Shown: piece after piece, positions 1-7,625 of the stretch | Layout: each line of letters starts with the position of its first letter | Position numbering within the stretch: position 1 is the first letter of the stretch | DNA from: a bacterium | GTDB lineage: Bacteria > BMS3Abin14 | Reading direction: 5' to 3' | Assembly: GCA_020349685.1 (NCBI GenBank) | Contig: CP070698.1 | Span: forward strand, 1,793,008-1,806,064 | DNA: 13,057 nt | Program-made: the position numbers and the translations under genes | The notes under the pieces: generated by a model | Told to the model about the DNA's origin: nothing | What the model saw: only the letters and a program-made list of their open reading frames with translations | Databases searched by the model: none

Positions 1-314
1 ATAAAGGTAATGCCGCTGGCCTCGCAAACCTCCGCGAACTCGGGGTTTTCAGCCAGGAATCCGTATCCCGGGTGGATCGCTTCGCAATCGGAGACCTCAG
101 CGGCGCTGATGACGGCCGGAATGTTCAGGTAGCTCTGGAGCGGATTGGCCGGGCCGATACAGATCCCCTCGTCCGCAAAGCGCGTATGCAGAGCTTCACG
201 GTCAGCCTCCGAATAGATGGCTACCGTCTTGATCCCAAGCTCTCTGCAGGCGCGGATGACCCTGAGGGCTATCTCACCCCTGTTGGCGACGAGTATTTTG
301 GAAAACAGCTTCAA
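1..314 (-). CDS. accC: Acetyl-CoA carboxylase biotin carboxylase subunit, N-terminal part (runs off the window)
   Basis: Not in the ORF track. Manual translation from TTG at 314 gives [38 protein letters not shown]...[45 protein letters not shown] and [11 protein letters not shown] are biotin carboxylase signatures, and the gene directly follows accB. The exact start codon is uncertain. Confidence 0.96.
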   Translation of the reverse strand, partial: MKLFSKILVANRGEIALRVIRACRELGIKTVAIYSEADREALHTRFADEGICIGPANPLQSYLNIPAVISAAEVSDCEAIHPGYGFLAENPEFAEVCEASGITF

Positions 315-319
315 AATGA

Positions 320-805
320 TCAAGCCAGGTCAACGATAAAGAGAGGCTGACCGTACTCGACGGGCTGGGCGTTTTCGACCAGGATCGTCGAGATCTTTCC
401 GGTGACCTCGCACTCTATCTCGTTCATGATCTTCATCGCCTCGACGATGCAGAGGACCGCTCCCTTGCTGACGGCGCTGCCCACCTCCACATAGGGCGGC
501 GATTCCGGCGAAGGCGCGCGGTAGAAGGTCCCCACAATAGGGGATGTGACGAGGAACTGATTCTCCCCTACGGTGAGCTGGTCGCCCGGTGGGGACGGGG
601 CCTGAGGGGCAGGTGCGGCTTCTGCCGCCGGCGCCGCCGGTGGCGCCCCGACCACCGGGGCTTCCCTGTACTTGACCTGGACCGCCTCTTCCAGAAGACC
701 GCCTTTCCTGATCCGGATCTTGTTCTCCCCTCGCTGCAGGGTAAAATCCTGGATGCCATAACGGTCCAGAAGCCTCAGAATTTCTCTGATCTCCTTGATA
801 TCCAT
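320..805 (-). CDS. accB: Biotin carboxyl carrier protein of acetyl-CoA carboxylase
   Basis: Contains the EAMKIMNEI biotinylation motif, [13 protein letters not shown] and an Ala/Pro-rich linker. Start moved from the track's GTG (814) to ATG 805 (MDIKEI), which has AGGAG at 814-818, 8 nt upstream. Confidence 0.97.
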   Translation of the reverse strand: MDIKEIREILRLLDRYGIQDFTLQRGENKIRIRKGGLLEEAVQVKYREAPVVGAPPAAPAAEAAPAPQAPSPPGDQLTVGENQFLVTSPIVGTFYRAPSPESPPYVEVGSAVSKGAVLCIVEAMKIMNEIECEVTGKISTILVENAQPVEYGQPLFIVDLA

Positions 806-816
806 TCCGATCACTC

Positions 817-1377
817 CTATCTCACCCGTTCGATATACTCGCCCGAGCGTGTGTCGACCTTCACAACATCCCCCTCTTCCAGAAAGAGGGGTACGTTTAT
901 CACCGCGCCCGTTTCCATTTCAGCCGGCTTGGTCGCGCCTGTGGCGGTGTCGCCCTTGACGCCCGGTTCGGCCTTGACGATGGTGAGCTCCACAAAATTG
1001 GGCAGCTCCACACCCATGGGTTTTCCGTTGTACAGCTGGACGGTCACCTCGAGCTCCTCCTTCAGAAAACCCTGAATGTCGCCCAGATCATCTGCCGTGA
1101 TCAGGACCTGCTCGTAGTTCGCAAGGTCCATGAAGTGGAACCCTCCATCGTCGCGGTACAGATACTGCATCTGTTTTTCCTCGAAATCGGGTCTTTTCAC
1201 CTTGTCACCCGAACGGAAGGTCCTGTCGATGACGTTGCCGGTGGTCAGGCTTTTGAGCTTGGTGCGGACAAAGGCTCCTCCCTTGCCGGGCTTGACGTGC
1301 TGAAACTCGACGATGGTGAAGGGTTCCCCCTCCAGTTCGATCTTCATTCCCCTTTTAAACTGATTGGTGCTTATCAA
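817..1377 (-). CDS. efp: Translation elongation factor P
   Basis: [15 protein letters not shown] loop, [19 protein letters not shown] motif and C-terminal [12 protein letters not shown]; 186 aa. TTG start preceded by GGGAGG. Confidence 0.98.
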   Translation of the reverse strand: MISTNQFKRGMKIELEGEPFTIVEFQHVKPGKGGAFVRTKLKSLTTGNVIDRTFRSGDKVKRPDFEEKQMQYLYRDDGGFHFMDLANYEQVLITADDLGDIQGFLKEELEVTVQLYNGKPMGVELPNFVELTIVKAEPGVKGDTATGATKPAEMETGAVINVPLFLEEGDVVKVDTRSGEYIERVR

Positions 1378-1513
1378 TTCCTGCCCTCCCCGTTCGCTGA
1401 TCTCCGCGATGCCGGTTCATCTCGAGTCCCTGACAGGTTGTGCCTAAACCCTCGGGCCCGCCCTCCCGAACCACTTCCGGCAAGGTCCGGTCCCTGGAAA
1501 ACCGGTGCAGGTG

Positions 1514-1873
1514 TTACTCGAACTCCTTGATAAGGCGGGGGACGGCCAGCCGCATGAGGTATCGGGTCTTGCCGTGGTTGCCTTCCGGGCCCAGCGCCAC
1601 CGCTATGAAATAATCATCCGTGACAAGCCTGAGGATGAAGATATTGCTTTGCGTACTGATGAAGACCTCCTGGACCTGTCCCGCGTCCAGGGACCGGGAG
1701 GCCTTTTGGATGCTCTTTATGGCCGCTGCGTACTCTATTCCAACCGTCTGGATACTGCAAGCAGGATCGACGATGTGCTCACCGATAGCGATGCCGTCCA
1801 TACCCATGATCACCGCTCCCTGAACTCCCTCGGATCGATCAACGATCTCTTTGAGCACCTTTTCGAAGATCAT
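1514..1873 (-). CDS. Roadblock/LC7 (MglB-family) protein, probable MglC orthologue
   Basis: 119 aa with the roadblock pattern (G-V-Q-G-A-V-I-M-G-M-D-G-I ... GNHGKTRYLMR). G-M25-D26-G-I28 matches in position the F25/D26/I28 surface I recall for Myxococcus MglC, and the location between the pil genes and efp-accB-accC also fits. ATGA overlap with the upstream TPR gene. Confidence 0.85.
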   Translation of the reverse strand: MIFEKVLKEIVDRSEGVQGAVIMGMDGIAIGEHIVDPACSIQTVGIEYAAAIKSIQKASRSLDAGQVQEVFISTQSNIFILRLVTDDYFIAVALGPEGNHGKTRYLMRLAVPRLIKEFE

Positions 1874-3321
1874 GATCTCTTCATCCTTTCCGCATTTTCC
1901 AGCAGAATTTCCAGGGTCTTTAATACCTCCCTATTTTCATCGGATGGTGCAGGCCGGGCCTCCGGAGCCGAAGCGCGCTTCTGGACCTCAGGAGGCAGAG
2001 GCCCTGATTCGAAAGTGGCTTCCGGCTTCAGGGCATTGAGTTTGAGCCTCACAGCCTCGTTACCGGGCTCTTGCTCCAGTATCTTGCGGTATATGCCCAC
2101 CGCCTTGTCTGTCAGCCCCTGTTGCGCATAAAGGTCGGCCAGGGTTTCAGTGGAAAAGTCCCGCTCGGGACCCGCTCCCTGCCCTGGAACGGAAAACTGC
2201 GACCCCCCTGCTTCCGGCGGCGCCGGTTCGGGCGGTCTCCCAGTTGCTGCCTCCGCGGGTCGAACTTCGATCTCCTGGATCGGTTCAGGGGACTGTACGC
2301 GTTCCTGGACCGGAGCGGGTTCTGGAGCGGGTGCGGGCTCGGGTCGCGCTTCACGCGCGGCTTCCGGGATCTGCCCAGGAGGCGGCTGCTCCGGTGAGGC
2401 AGCCATCTCTGGAGCCGCTTCCGGAGCGGTGACGCCGGCCGGGGAGGACGGCACCCACGCCGGTTTAATGGCTTCCGGTTTTTCGAACTGTCCCGCGGCC
2501 GGAGGAGCTTCTTCAGGCAGCGCATCCTCGGAATCCGCCGCAGCGGCCTCTCCCTCCATGATGAAAGCGGCGGCCTCCGGACCCAGTTCGTCCAGGGACT
2601 CGATCTCCATGGCCTGCTCGATCTCCTCCTCCTCGATCACCGTGGCTGTCATGTCCTGGCCGACAGCTTCTTCGGCGGTAGGGGCGTAAATTTCGGCTGC
2701 AGGCGGAGAAGGTTCTTTCACATCGACAGGCGTTATATCGGCCGGATCATCCGTCTCACCACCTGAAAAGGAGAACGTTTCTTCTATGTCCCTCGTGGGC
2801 AGAGGGGGGAGTTCGACCCCGTCGATGGTCGTCGGCTTCTGTTCGTAGGTGACGATCTGGGCTTTTTCGGTTAAAGACCCGTCCTCCTCTTCCATGTAAT
2901 CCATGGTTGGGGGGGGCGTGGCCTTGCTTTTGACCTCTTCCAGAAGCCTGGTCACCTCATCATCCTCGGGGCTGAGCATGTTGGCCGCCTCCAGTGCTTT
3001 CAAGGCACCCTGATTCTCGCCCTTGTCTTGGAGGACCTTGCCCAGGAACTTCTGGCCCAGGTAACTTTCCGGCGTTTCCGTGACAGCCTTTTGCAGGATC
3101 TCCGCGGCATTATCGAGCTCACCCTTCTCGTAAAGGGCACGCCCCAGCACTACCAGTCCGCCACTGTACCCGGGGTGCACCTCCAGCCCGGCCCTGGCCA
3201 CCTCTATGGCTTCATCGAGCCGTCCGGCTTTTCGGTGCGCTTCAGCAAGGGGAGCGAAAGCCCTGGACCGGGGGTCCTCCGCCAGCATCTTTTCGTAGCG
3301 CTGGATCGTATCATCGCTCAT
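1870..3321 (-). CDS. Cytoplasmic TPR protein with long acidic, Pro/Ala-rich linker and a C-terminal TPR
   Basis: About 3-4 N-terminal TPR-like repeats (LAEAHRKAGRLDEAIEV, LGRALYEKGELDNAAEIL, LGKVLQDKGENQGALKAL), roughly 250 aa of E/P/A-rich low-complexity sequence, then TETLADLYAQQGLTDKAVGIYRKILEQEP and a terminal helix. No signal peptide or TM segment visible. Start set at ATG 3321 (GGAGG at 3327-3331) rather than TTG 3333. Confidence 0.88.
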   Translation of the reverse strand: MSDDTIQRYEKMLAEDPRSRAFAPLAEAHRKAGRLDEAIEVARAGLEVHPGYSGGLVVLGRALYEKGELDNAAEILQKAVTETPESYLGQKFLGKVLQDKGENQGALKALEAANMLSPEDDEVTRLLEEVKSKATPPPTMDYMEEEDGSLTEKAQIVTYEQKPTTIDGVELPPLPTRDIEETFSFSGGETDDPADITPVDVKEPSPPAAEIYAPTAEEAVGQDMTATVIEEEEIEQAMEIESLDELGPEAAAFIMEGEAAAADSEDALPEEAPPAAGQFEKPEAIKPAWVPSSPAGVTAPEAAPEMAASPEQPPPGQIPEAAREARPEPAPAPEPAPVQERVQSPEPIQEIEVRPAEAATGRPPEPAPPEAGGSQFSVPGQGAGPERDFSTETLADLYAQQGLTDKAVGIYRKILEQEPGNEAVRLKLNALKPEATFESGPLPPEVQKRASAPEARPAPSDENREVLKTLEILLENAERMKRS

Positions 3322-3356
3322 GGGAACCTCCAACTTTATCCGCGGCTGGCGCGGAT

Positions 3357-3465
3357 TGGAGAATGGAAAATGGAAATTGGGGAATAAGACAGATCGGCTT
3401 GCCTTTGTTCTATTTCTCCATTAGCTATTCCCCGGCCCGAGCTTGTCGAGGGGTCCATTTTCCAT
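3357..3465. repeat. Heptanucleotide tandem array (TGGARAW-like x4) with inverted copies, forming a long hairpin
   Basis: TGGAGAA TGGAAAA TGGAAAT TGGGGAA at 3357-3384. ATGGAAAATGGA (3363-3374) is the perfect inverse of TCCATTTTCCAT (3454-3465), and GGGGAATA (3379-3386) of TATTCCCC (3426-3433). Confidence 0.8.
3436..3453. repeat. REP-like short dispersed element (CCCGAGCTTGTCGAGGGG)
   Basis: Resembles the dispersed intergenic motif CCTGAGCTTGTCGAAGG that I recognise from many bacterial genomes. It interrupts one arm of the heptamer hairpin. Only one copy is in the window. Confidence 0.5.
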
Positions 3466-3471
3466 CACCTG

Positions 3472-3500
3472 ATGCTATGGGATTAAGCAATTCAAGTCAA
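3472..3500 (-). promoter_or_regulatory. Predicted sigma70 promoter for TPR-mglC-like-efp-accB-accC
   Basis: On the minus strand TTGACT (3500-3495), 17-nt spacer, TAGCAT (3477-3472). Confidence 0.65.
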
Positions 3501-3511
3501 AGGGAAAAGAA

Positions 3512-3539
3512 AGTGAACAGTGAACGGTGATCGGTGAAC
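3512..3539. repeat. Heptanucleotide tandem array (RGTGAWC x4)
   Basis: AGTGAAC AGTGAAC GGTGATC GGTGAAC. Degenerate inverse units GTTCAC (3566-3571) and GCTCAC (3581-3586) lie next to the aroC stop. Confidence 0.8.
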
Positions 3540-3591
3540 AGGAGGTTTTTGCCGCCCGAGACCCGGTTCACACGTACAATGCTCACAGTGA

Positions 3592-4749
3592 TTAAAGTTT
3601 TTTAACGTAGGTTTTATACCCCTCCAGGTTCCTGAGCATCTCGTCCATGGAATCTCCGCCGAACTTCTCGCACATGTGCCTGGCCAGTACAATGGCTACC
3701 ATGGATTCCCCGATAACACAGGCCGCGGGAACGGCCGTAACATCGGAACGTTCCACAGCAGCCTCGACTTTCCTCTTGCTCAGGATGTGGACGGACCCCA
3801 GGGGCTTCATGAGGGTCGGTATGGGTTTCATGGCCGCTGAGACTACGATGGTCTCTCCATTGGAGATCCCCCCCTCGATCCCTCCGGCGTTGTTGGTCTC
3901 GCGGTAAAAGCCCCTGGTCTTGTCGTGGAAAATGGCGTCGTGCACCCGGGATCCCGGCAGCCGGGCACCCCCAAACCCCGAACCGACCTGGACACCCTTG
4001 ATGGCCGGGATACTCATCACGGCGGAGGCGAGGTCCGCATCGAGCCTCCGGTCCCAGTGGACATGACTTCCCAATCCCAGCGGCACATCGAATGCCCTGA
4101 TCTCGAAAACACCTCCAAGGGTCTCACCCTCGGCTTTGGCCTTTTCGATAAGCCGGATCATCTCCTTTTCCACGGTCTGATCAAGACAGCGAACGGGGGA
4201 GGCCTCGGCCGGCGCTCCTTCCCTGGGTTTGTTAAAGGACGCCTCGGAACTCCTTGAGTCGCCTATGGAAAGAACGTGCCCGCCGACAAAGACGCCGCAG
4301 CGATCCAGAAGGGCCTTCGCCACGGCCCCGACGGCAACCCTTGTCGCGGTCTCCCTGGCACTGGCCCTCTCCAGGATGTTCCGGAGATCCTTGTGACCGT
4401 ATTTGATGCCTCCGGCCAGGTCCGCGTGACCCGGTCTCGGGCTTGTGACCGACCTGGCATCGAGGTTTCTGCCCTCAGGGGCCATGGTGTTCTGCCAGTT
4501 CTCCCAGTCCTTATTCCTGATGCGCATTGCCAGGGGGCTGCCCAGGGTTTTCCCTCCCCTGAGACCTGACATGAACTCCACACGGTCGCTCTCGATCTCC
4601 ATCCGCTTTCCCCGCCCGAACCCCGACTGCCTTCTGGCCAGCTCCGCGTTGATGCGTTCGGAACTGACCTCGAGGCCCGCCGGGAGACCTTCCAGGATCG
4701 CGACGAGGGATTCACCGTGGGATTCACCCGCTGTCAGAAATCGCAGCAT
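3592..4749 (-). CDS. aroC: Chorismate synthase
   Basis: [53 protein letters not shown] and [11 protein letters not shown] are chorismate synthase signatures. AGGAGG at 4759-4764. Confidence 0.98.
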   Translation of the reverse strand: MLRFLTAGESHGESLVAILEGLPAGLEVSSERINAELARRQSGFGRGKRMEIESDRVEFMSGLRGGKTLGSPLAMRIRNKDWENWQNTMAPEGRNLDARSVTSPRPGHADLAGGIKYGHKDLRNILERASARETATRVAVGAVAKALLDRCGVFVGGHVLSIGDSRSSEASFNKPREGAPAEASPVRCLDQTVEKEMIRLIEKAKAEGETLGGVFEIRAFDVPLGLGSHVHWDRRLDADLASAVMSIPAIKGVQVGSGFGGARLPGSRVHDAIFHDKTRGFYRETNNAGGIEGGISNGETIVVSAAMKPIPTLMKPLGSVHILSKRKVEAAVERSDVTAVPAACVIGESMVAIVLARHMCEKFGGDSMDEMLRNLEGYKTYVKKL

Positions 4750-4764
4750 GATCCATGACCTCCT

Positions 4765-4801
4765 AAAAAAAGCGCATCCGCCGCAGTCCGACGGATGCGC
4801 T
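4765..4801 (-). terminator. Intrinsic (Rho-independent) terminator after pilQ
   Basis: Minus-strand RNA AGCGCAUCCGUCG-GACUG-CGGCGGAUGCGCU followed by U6 (U7 counting the last stem base): a 13-bp GC-rich stem with one G-U pair, about 20 nt after the pilQ stop. Confidence 0.85.
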
Positions 4802-4820
4802 CGTGCCTGTGTGCGGTCGC

Positions 4821-7625
4821 TTATCCCTCCACGATGGAGGCATTGATGAAGATGAGGAGTTCCGCCCTGGTGTTCTCGGTGTTCTTGTTCTTGAACAGCC
4901 AGCCGAGCACCGGGATCTTGGAGAAGAAAGGTACGCTGCTGCTTCCCTCGGTCTCGTTCTCGGTGAAGAGACCTCCGATGACAGCGGTACCGTGGTTCTG
5001 AAGAATGATCTTCGTCTCCAGCTTGTGGGAGTTGACACCCGTGAAGATGTTGTTGTCGAAGACCGCCTGCTGGCCCTTGCTGTCCTTCTCCACCGCGACT
5101 TCCATGAAGATATCGTCGTTGCTCGTCACCTGTGGCGTGATCTTCAGCTTGGTCCAGATATCGGGGAAGGAAACCTCCGTCGTGGTCGTCGCGCCTTCGT
5201 CAGAGACCGACGTAGAAGTCCGGTTCTCCGGGAAGGGGTTGTTCACCTCGATGTTGGCCGTCTCGTTCTGGATCACCAGCAGGGACGGGCTGGATATGAT
5301 CCGGCCGTTGTTTGTCTGCTCGAGGGCGCTCAATCTCAGGTCGAGGTTGGTGAAGTTGTCCACGTTACCGAAGGTGAACCCGAGAACGGTATTAGCGTTG
5401 GAGGCGGGCATGTTCACGAGGGCCCCGCTGAAGGAGGTACCGGTGGTACCCGACTCACCGAAGACCTGGACGTCGCCGTCGTTGTAGACGCCACCCCACT
5501 GGATGCCGAGGTTCTTCACGTAACTCTCGTCAACGATGACGATCCTCGCTTCGATCCTCACCTGAGGTGTCGGGATGTCGAGCTCCGCGACGAGATCCTT
5601 GATCTTGTTGATGTTCGCCTCGATGTCCTTGACGATGAGGGAGTTGGTCCTCTTATCCGTTGTGATGGACCCCCTGCTGCTGAGGAAGGAGCTCAACTGA
5701 CCGACAAGGTCCTCGGCCTTGGAATAGCTGATGGGCACGATCTGGAGGACGAGGTCCTCGACCTTGATCTCGGCTTCCTTGGCCCTCAGTGCCGCCAGTC
5801 TTTCCCCTTCCAGGACGGTCATGGGGGCGATGCGCACCACGTTGCCCTCGCGTATCTGGCCCAGACCCTTGGTCTTGAGGATGATATCGAGGGCCTGATC
5901 CCAGGGAACATCCCGCATGCGCATGCTGATCTTGCCGCCCACGCCTTCGGCCGTGATGATGTTGAGTCCGCTGACCTCGGCGATGAGCCTCAGCACGTTC
6001 AGAAGGTCGGCGTTCTGGAAATCGAGGGTGATCCGCTCTCCCGTGTACATCGGCCCCTGCTCCAGAACGATGGGAGCCTGCTTCTGGGGAGCCTGTTTTT
6101 GCACCTCGGCAACCTTTTGCGGAGCCGGAGCCGGGGCAGGCGCGGGGGCCGCGGCGGGTGCCTGGGCCTCAGGCTGCACAGCCGGGGGCGCCGCTTCCAC
6201 GACCGGTGCTGTGAGAGACACGGTGAGGGTGCCGCCCGTCTGGTCCAATTCGTAGGCCGTGCCTGCGGAGAAGGTCAGGCTGACCCTGGCCCCGACACCG
6301 CCCCTCGGGTTGTAGGAGCTCAGGGACTGGAGGGCTCCCTCCATATCCCGGGTGTCCTGGCTCCGAACAAGGCTCCTCGGGAGTTCGACATCCCTCAGGT
6401 CCACAAGGAGGTGGCTTGCGTCGGGCTGGGAGACCTCGTACTCGACAGGAGCGTCCGAGATGATCAGGACGGCACCGCCGGAAGCCTCCGCACGATACCT
6501 GATATCGGTGACCCCGCCTTCCGGCGCCGGCACAACGGCCGCCTCGGCAGACACGGGCTCAACCTTTTCCATCGCCGTTCCGGCCGACGTCTCGACAGCC
6601 GATGGCGCGCTTTCGGCAGGGGGCTCGGGCGCAGGAGCTCTGGCTTCCTCCGGCTCCCCGACCTGCTGCGCCTGGCCGATAGCCTCCACACCCTCGCCGA
6701 GGCGGAGCACCAGTCTGGAACCAACGGACTCGACGGCGTAGGGCGGGACCTGGTCGCCTGTCATGTCGAGAACGAAACGCAGTTTATTCTGGTCGTAGTG
6801 TTCACCGACCCGGATCCTGCTAACGCCACCCATCTCCACCGGGATCCTGCTCGGCGCAAAACCCTTGGCCACATTCTGCACATCGATAACGAGGCGGGCC
6901 GGGTCGGAAAGATCCATTGTCAGGTACTGTCCCACGGTGCCGTCAGCCATGAATTCCACAGTCAGGCCGCCATCCGTTTCCTCGAAAAGAACACTGTTGA
7001 TAAAACCGGCCGGAGGGAGATCCTCCTGGACCGGAGCAGCGGCTTGGGCCGCGGTCTGGGCCGGCTCGCCGGCAGCCTCCCCGTCTGATGGCAGCTCGAG
7101 CTCGACAACCTCCACCTCCCGGACGGGCGGTTCCTCGCCCGGGGCCTCGGCCGCAGGCACCTCCTCGGCTGACGGTCCTTCCTCTGAAACGGTCACGGGC
7201 TTGAGAAAATCGATGATAACGGTGTTGTCGGACCTTGAGGTCTCATAATCCCAAAGCTCGAGCAGGGAAACCTCGAGCCGGCCGATCCGTCCGGCATCCT
7301 CATCGAACTGGATCGGACTGACAGTGGACACGTTCCCCAGATCCACCGGGATCTGGTCACCGAGCCCTGTCACATCGGTGTCGGCCAGGTCCACGATGAG
7401 CCGGAGGGGCTCCGAGAGCCTGAAAACCGTGTAGGCAAGGGTCGTCGTCCCCTCTATGCTCAATCTGACCCTGTCCGGCAGTTCCTCACCTGTCACCGAT
7501 GTGACGCTGGCCAGGGCCGCCTCCTCCGCGGGCGGGCGCATCTGGCTCTTGGGAGCCGCACACCCGCTCGCTACCAGGGCGAGGACCACGAGAAACCACG
7601 GCAGTTTTGCGATAGCACGCTTCAT
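4821..7625 (-). CDS. pilQ: Type IV pilus secretin PilQ with three AMIN-like domains and a lipoprotein-type signal peptide
   Basis: N0 domain [85 protein letters not shown]. Three AMIN-like repeats ([25 protein letters not shown]). Last gene of pilMNOPQ. Start is ATG 7625 (overlapping the pilP TGA) or GTG 7628. Confidence 0.96.
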   Translation of the reverse strand: MKRAIAKLPWFLVVLALVASGCAAPKSQMRPPAEEAALASVTSVTGEELPDRVRLSIEGTTTLAYTVFRLSEPLRLIVDLADTDVTGLGDQIPVDLGNVSTVSPIQFDEDAGRIGRLEVSLLELWDYETSRSDNTVIIDFLKPVTVSEEGPSAEEVPAAEAPGEEPPVREVEVVELELPSDGEAAGEPAQTAAQAAAPVQEDLPPAGFINSVLFEETDGGLTVEFMADGTVGQYLTMDLSDPARLVIDVQNVAKGFAPSRIPVEMGGVSRIRVGEHYDQNKLRFVLDMTGDQVPPYAVESVGSRLVLRLGEGVEAIGQAQQVGEPEEARAPAPEPPAESAPSAVETSAGTAMEKVEPVSAEAAVVPAPEGGVTDIRYRAEASGGAVLIISDAPVEYEVSQPDASHLLVDLRDVELPRSLVRSQDTRDMEGALQSLSSYNPRGGVGARVSLTFSAGTAYELDQTGGTLTVSLTAPVVEAAPPAVQPEAQAPAAAPAPAPAPAPQKVAEVQKQAPQKQAPIVLEQGPMYTGERITLDFQNADLLNVLRLIAEVSGLNIITAEGVGGKISMRMRDVPWDQALDIILKTKGLGQIREGNVVRIAPMTVLEGERLAALRAKEAEIKVEDLVLQIVPISYSKAEDLVGQLSSFLSSRGSITTDKRTNSLIVKDIEANINKIKDLVAELDIPTPQVRIEARIVIVDESYVKNLGIQWGGVYNDGDVQVFGESGTTGTSFSGALVNMPASNANTVLGFTFGNVDNFTNLDLRLSALEQTNNGRIISSPSLLVIQNETANIEVNNPFPENRTSTSVSDEGATTTTEVSFPDIWTKLKITPQVTSNDDIFMEVAVEKDSKGQQAVFDNNIFTGVNSHKLETKIILQNHGTAVIGGLFTENETEGSSSVPFFSKIPVLGWLFKNKNTENTRAELLIFINASIVEG

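Noticed and set aside
1420-1500. Possible glycine riboswitch or SRP RNA fragments in the efp upstream spacer
   Set aside because: Only short partial matches (CCGAGGG…TCAGG; AGGTCCGG); the conserved cores are missing.
3357-3590. Repeat arrays as a CRISPR array
   Set aside because: Units are 7-nt tandem repeats with no spacers, and no cas genes are present.
4763-4777. Mini-ORF MRFF* (also the end of the 91-aa ORF 4763-5038) as a Phe-sensing attenuator peptide for aroC
   Set aside because: The Phe codons are simply the terminator U-tract. The ORF lies in the 3' arm, not upstream of the hairpin as attenuation requires, and has no clear SD.
6119-6160. GGAGCC-type hexamer repeats in pilQ (also 2311-2345 in the TPR gene)
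   Set aside because: They are degenerate codons for Ala-Pro and Glu-Pro linkers; in frame and not a phase-variation tract.
4803-7088. 761-aa plus-strand ORF
   Set aside because: Antisense shadow of pilQ, as expected from strong GC3 bias; no recognisable motifs.
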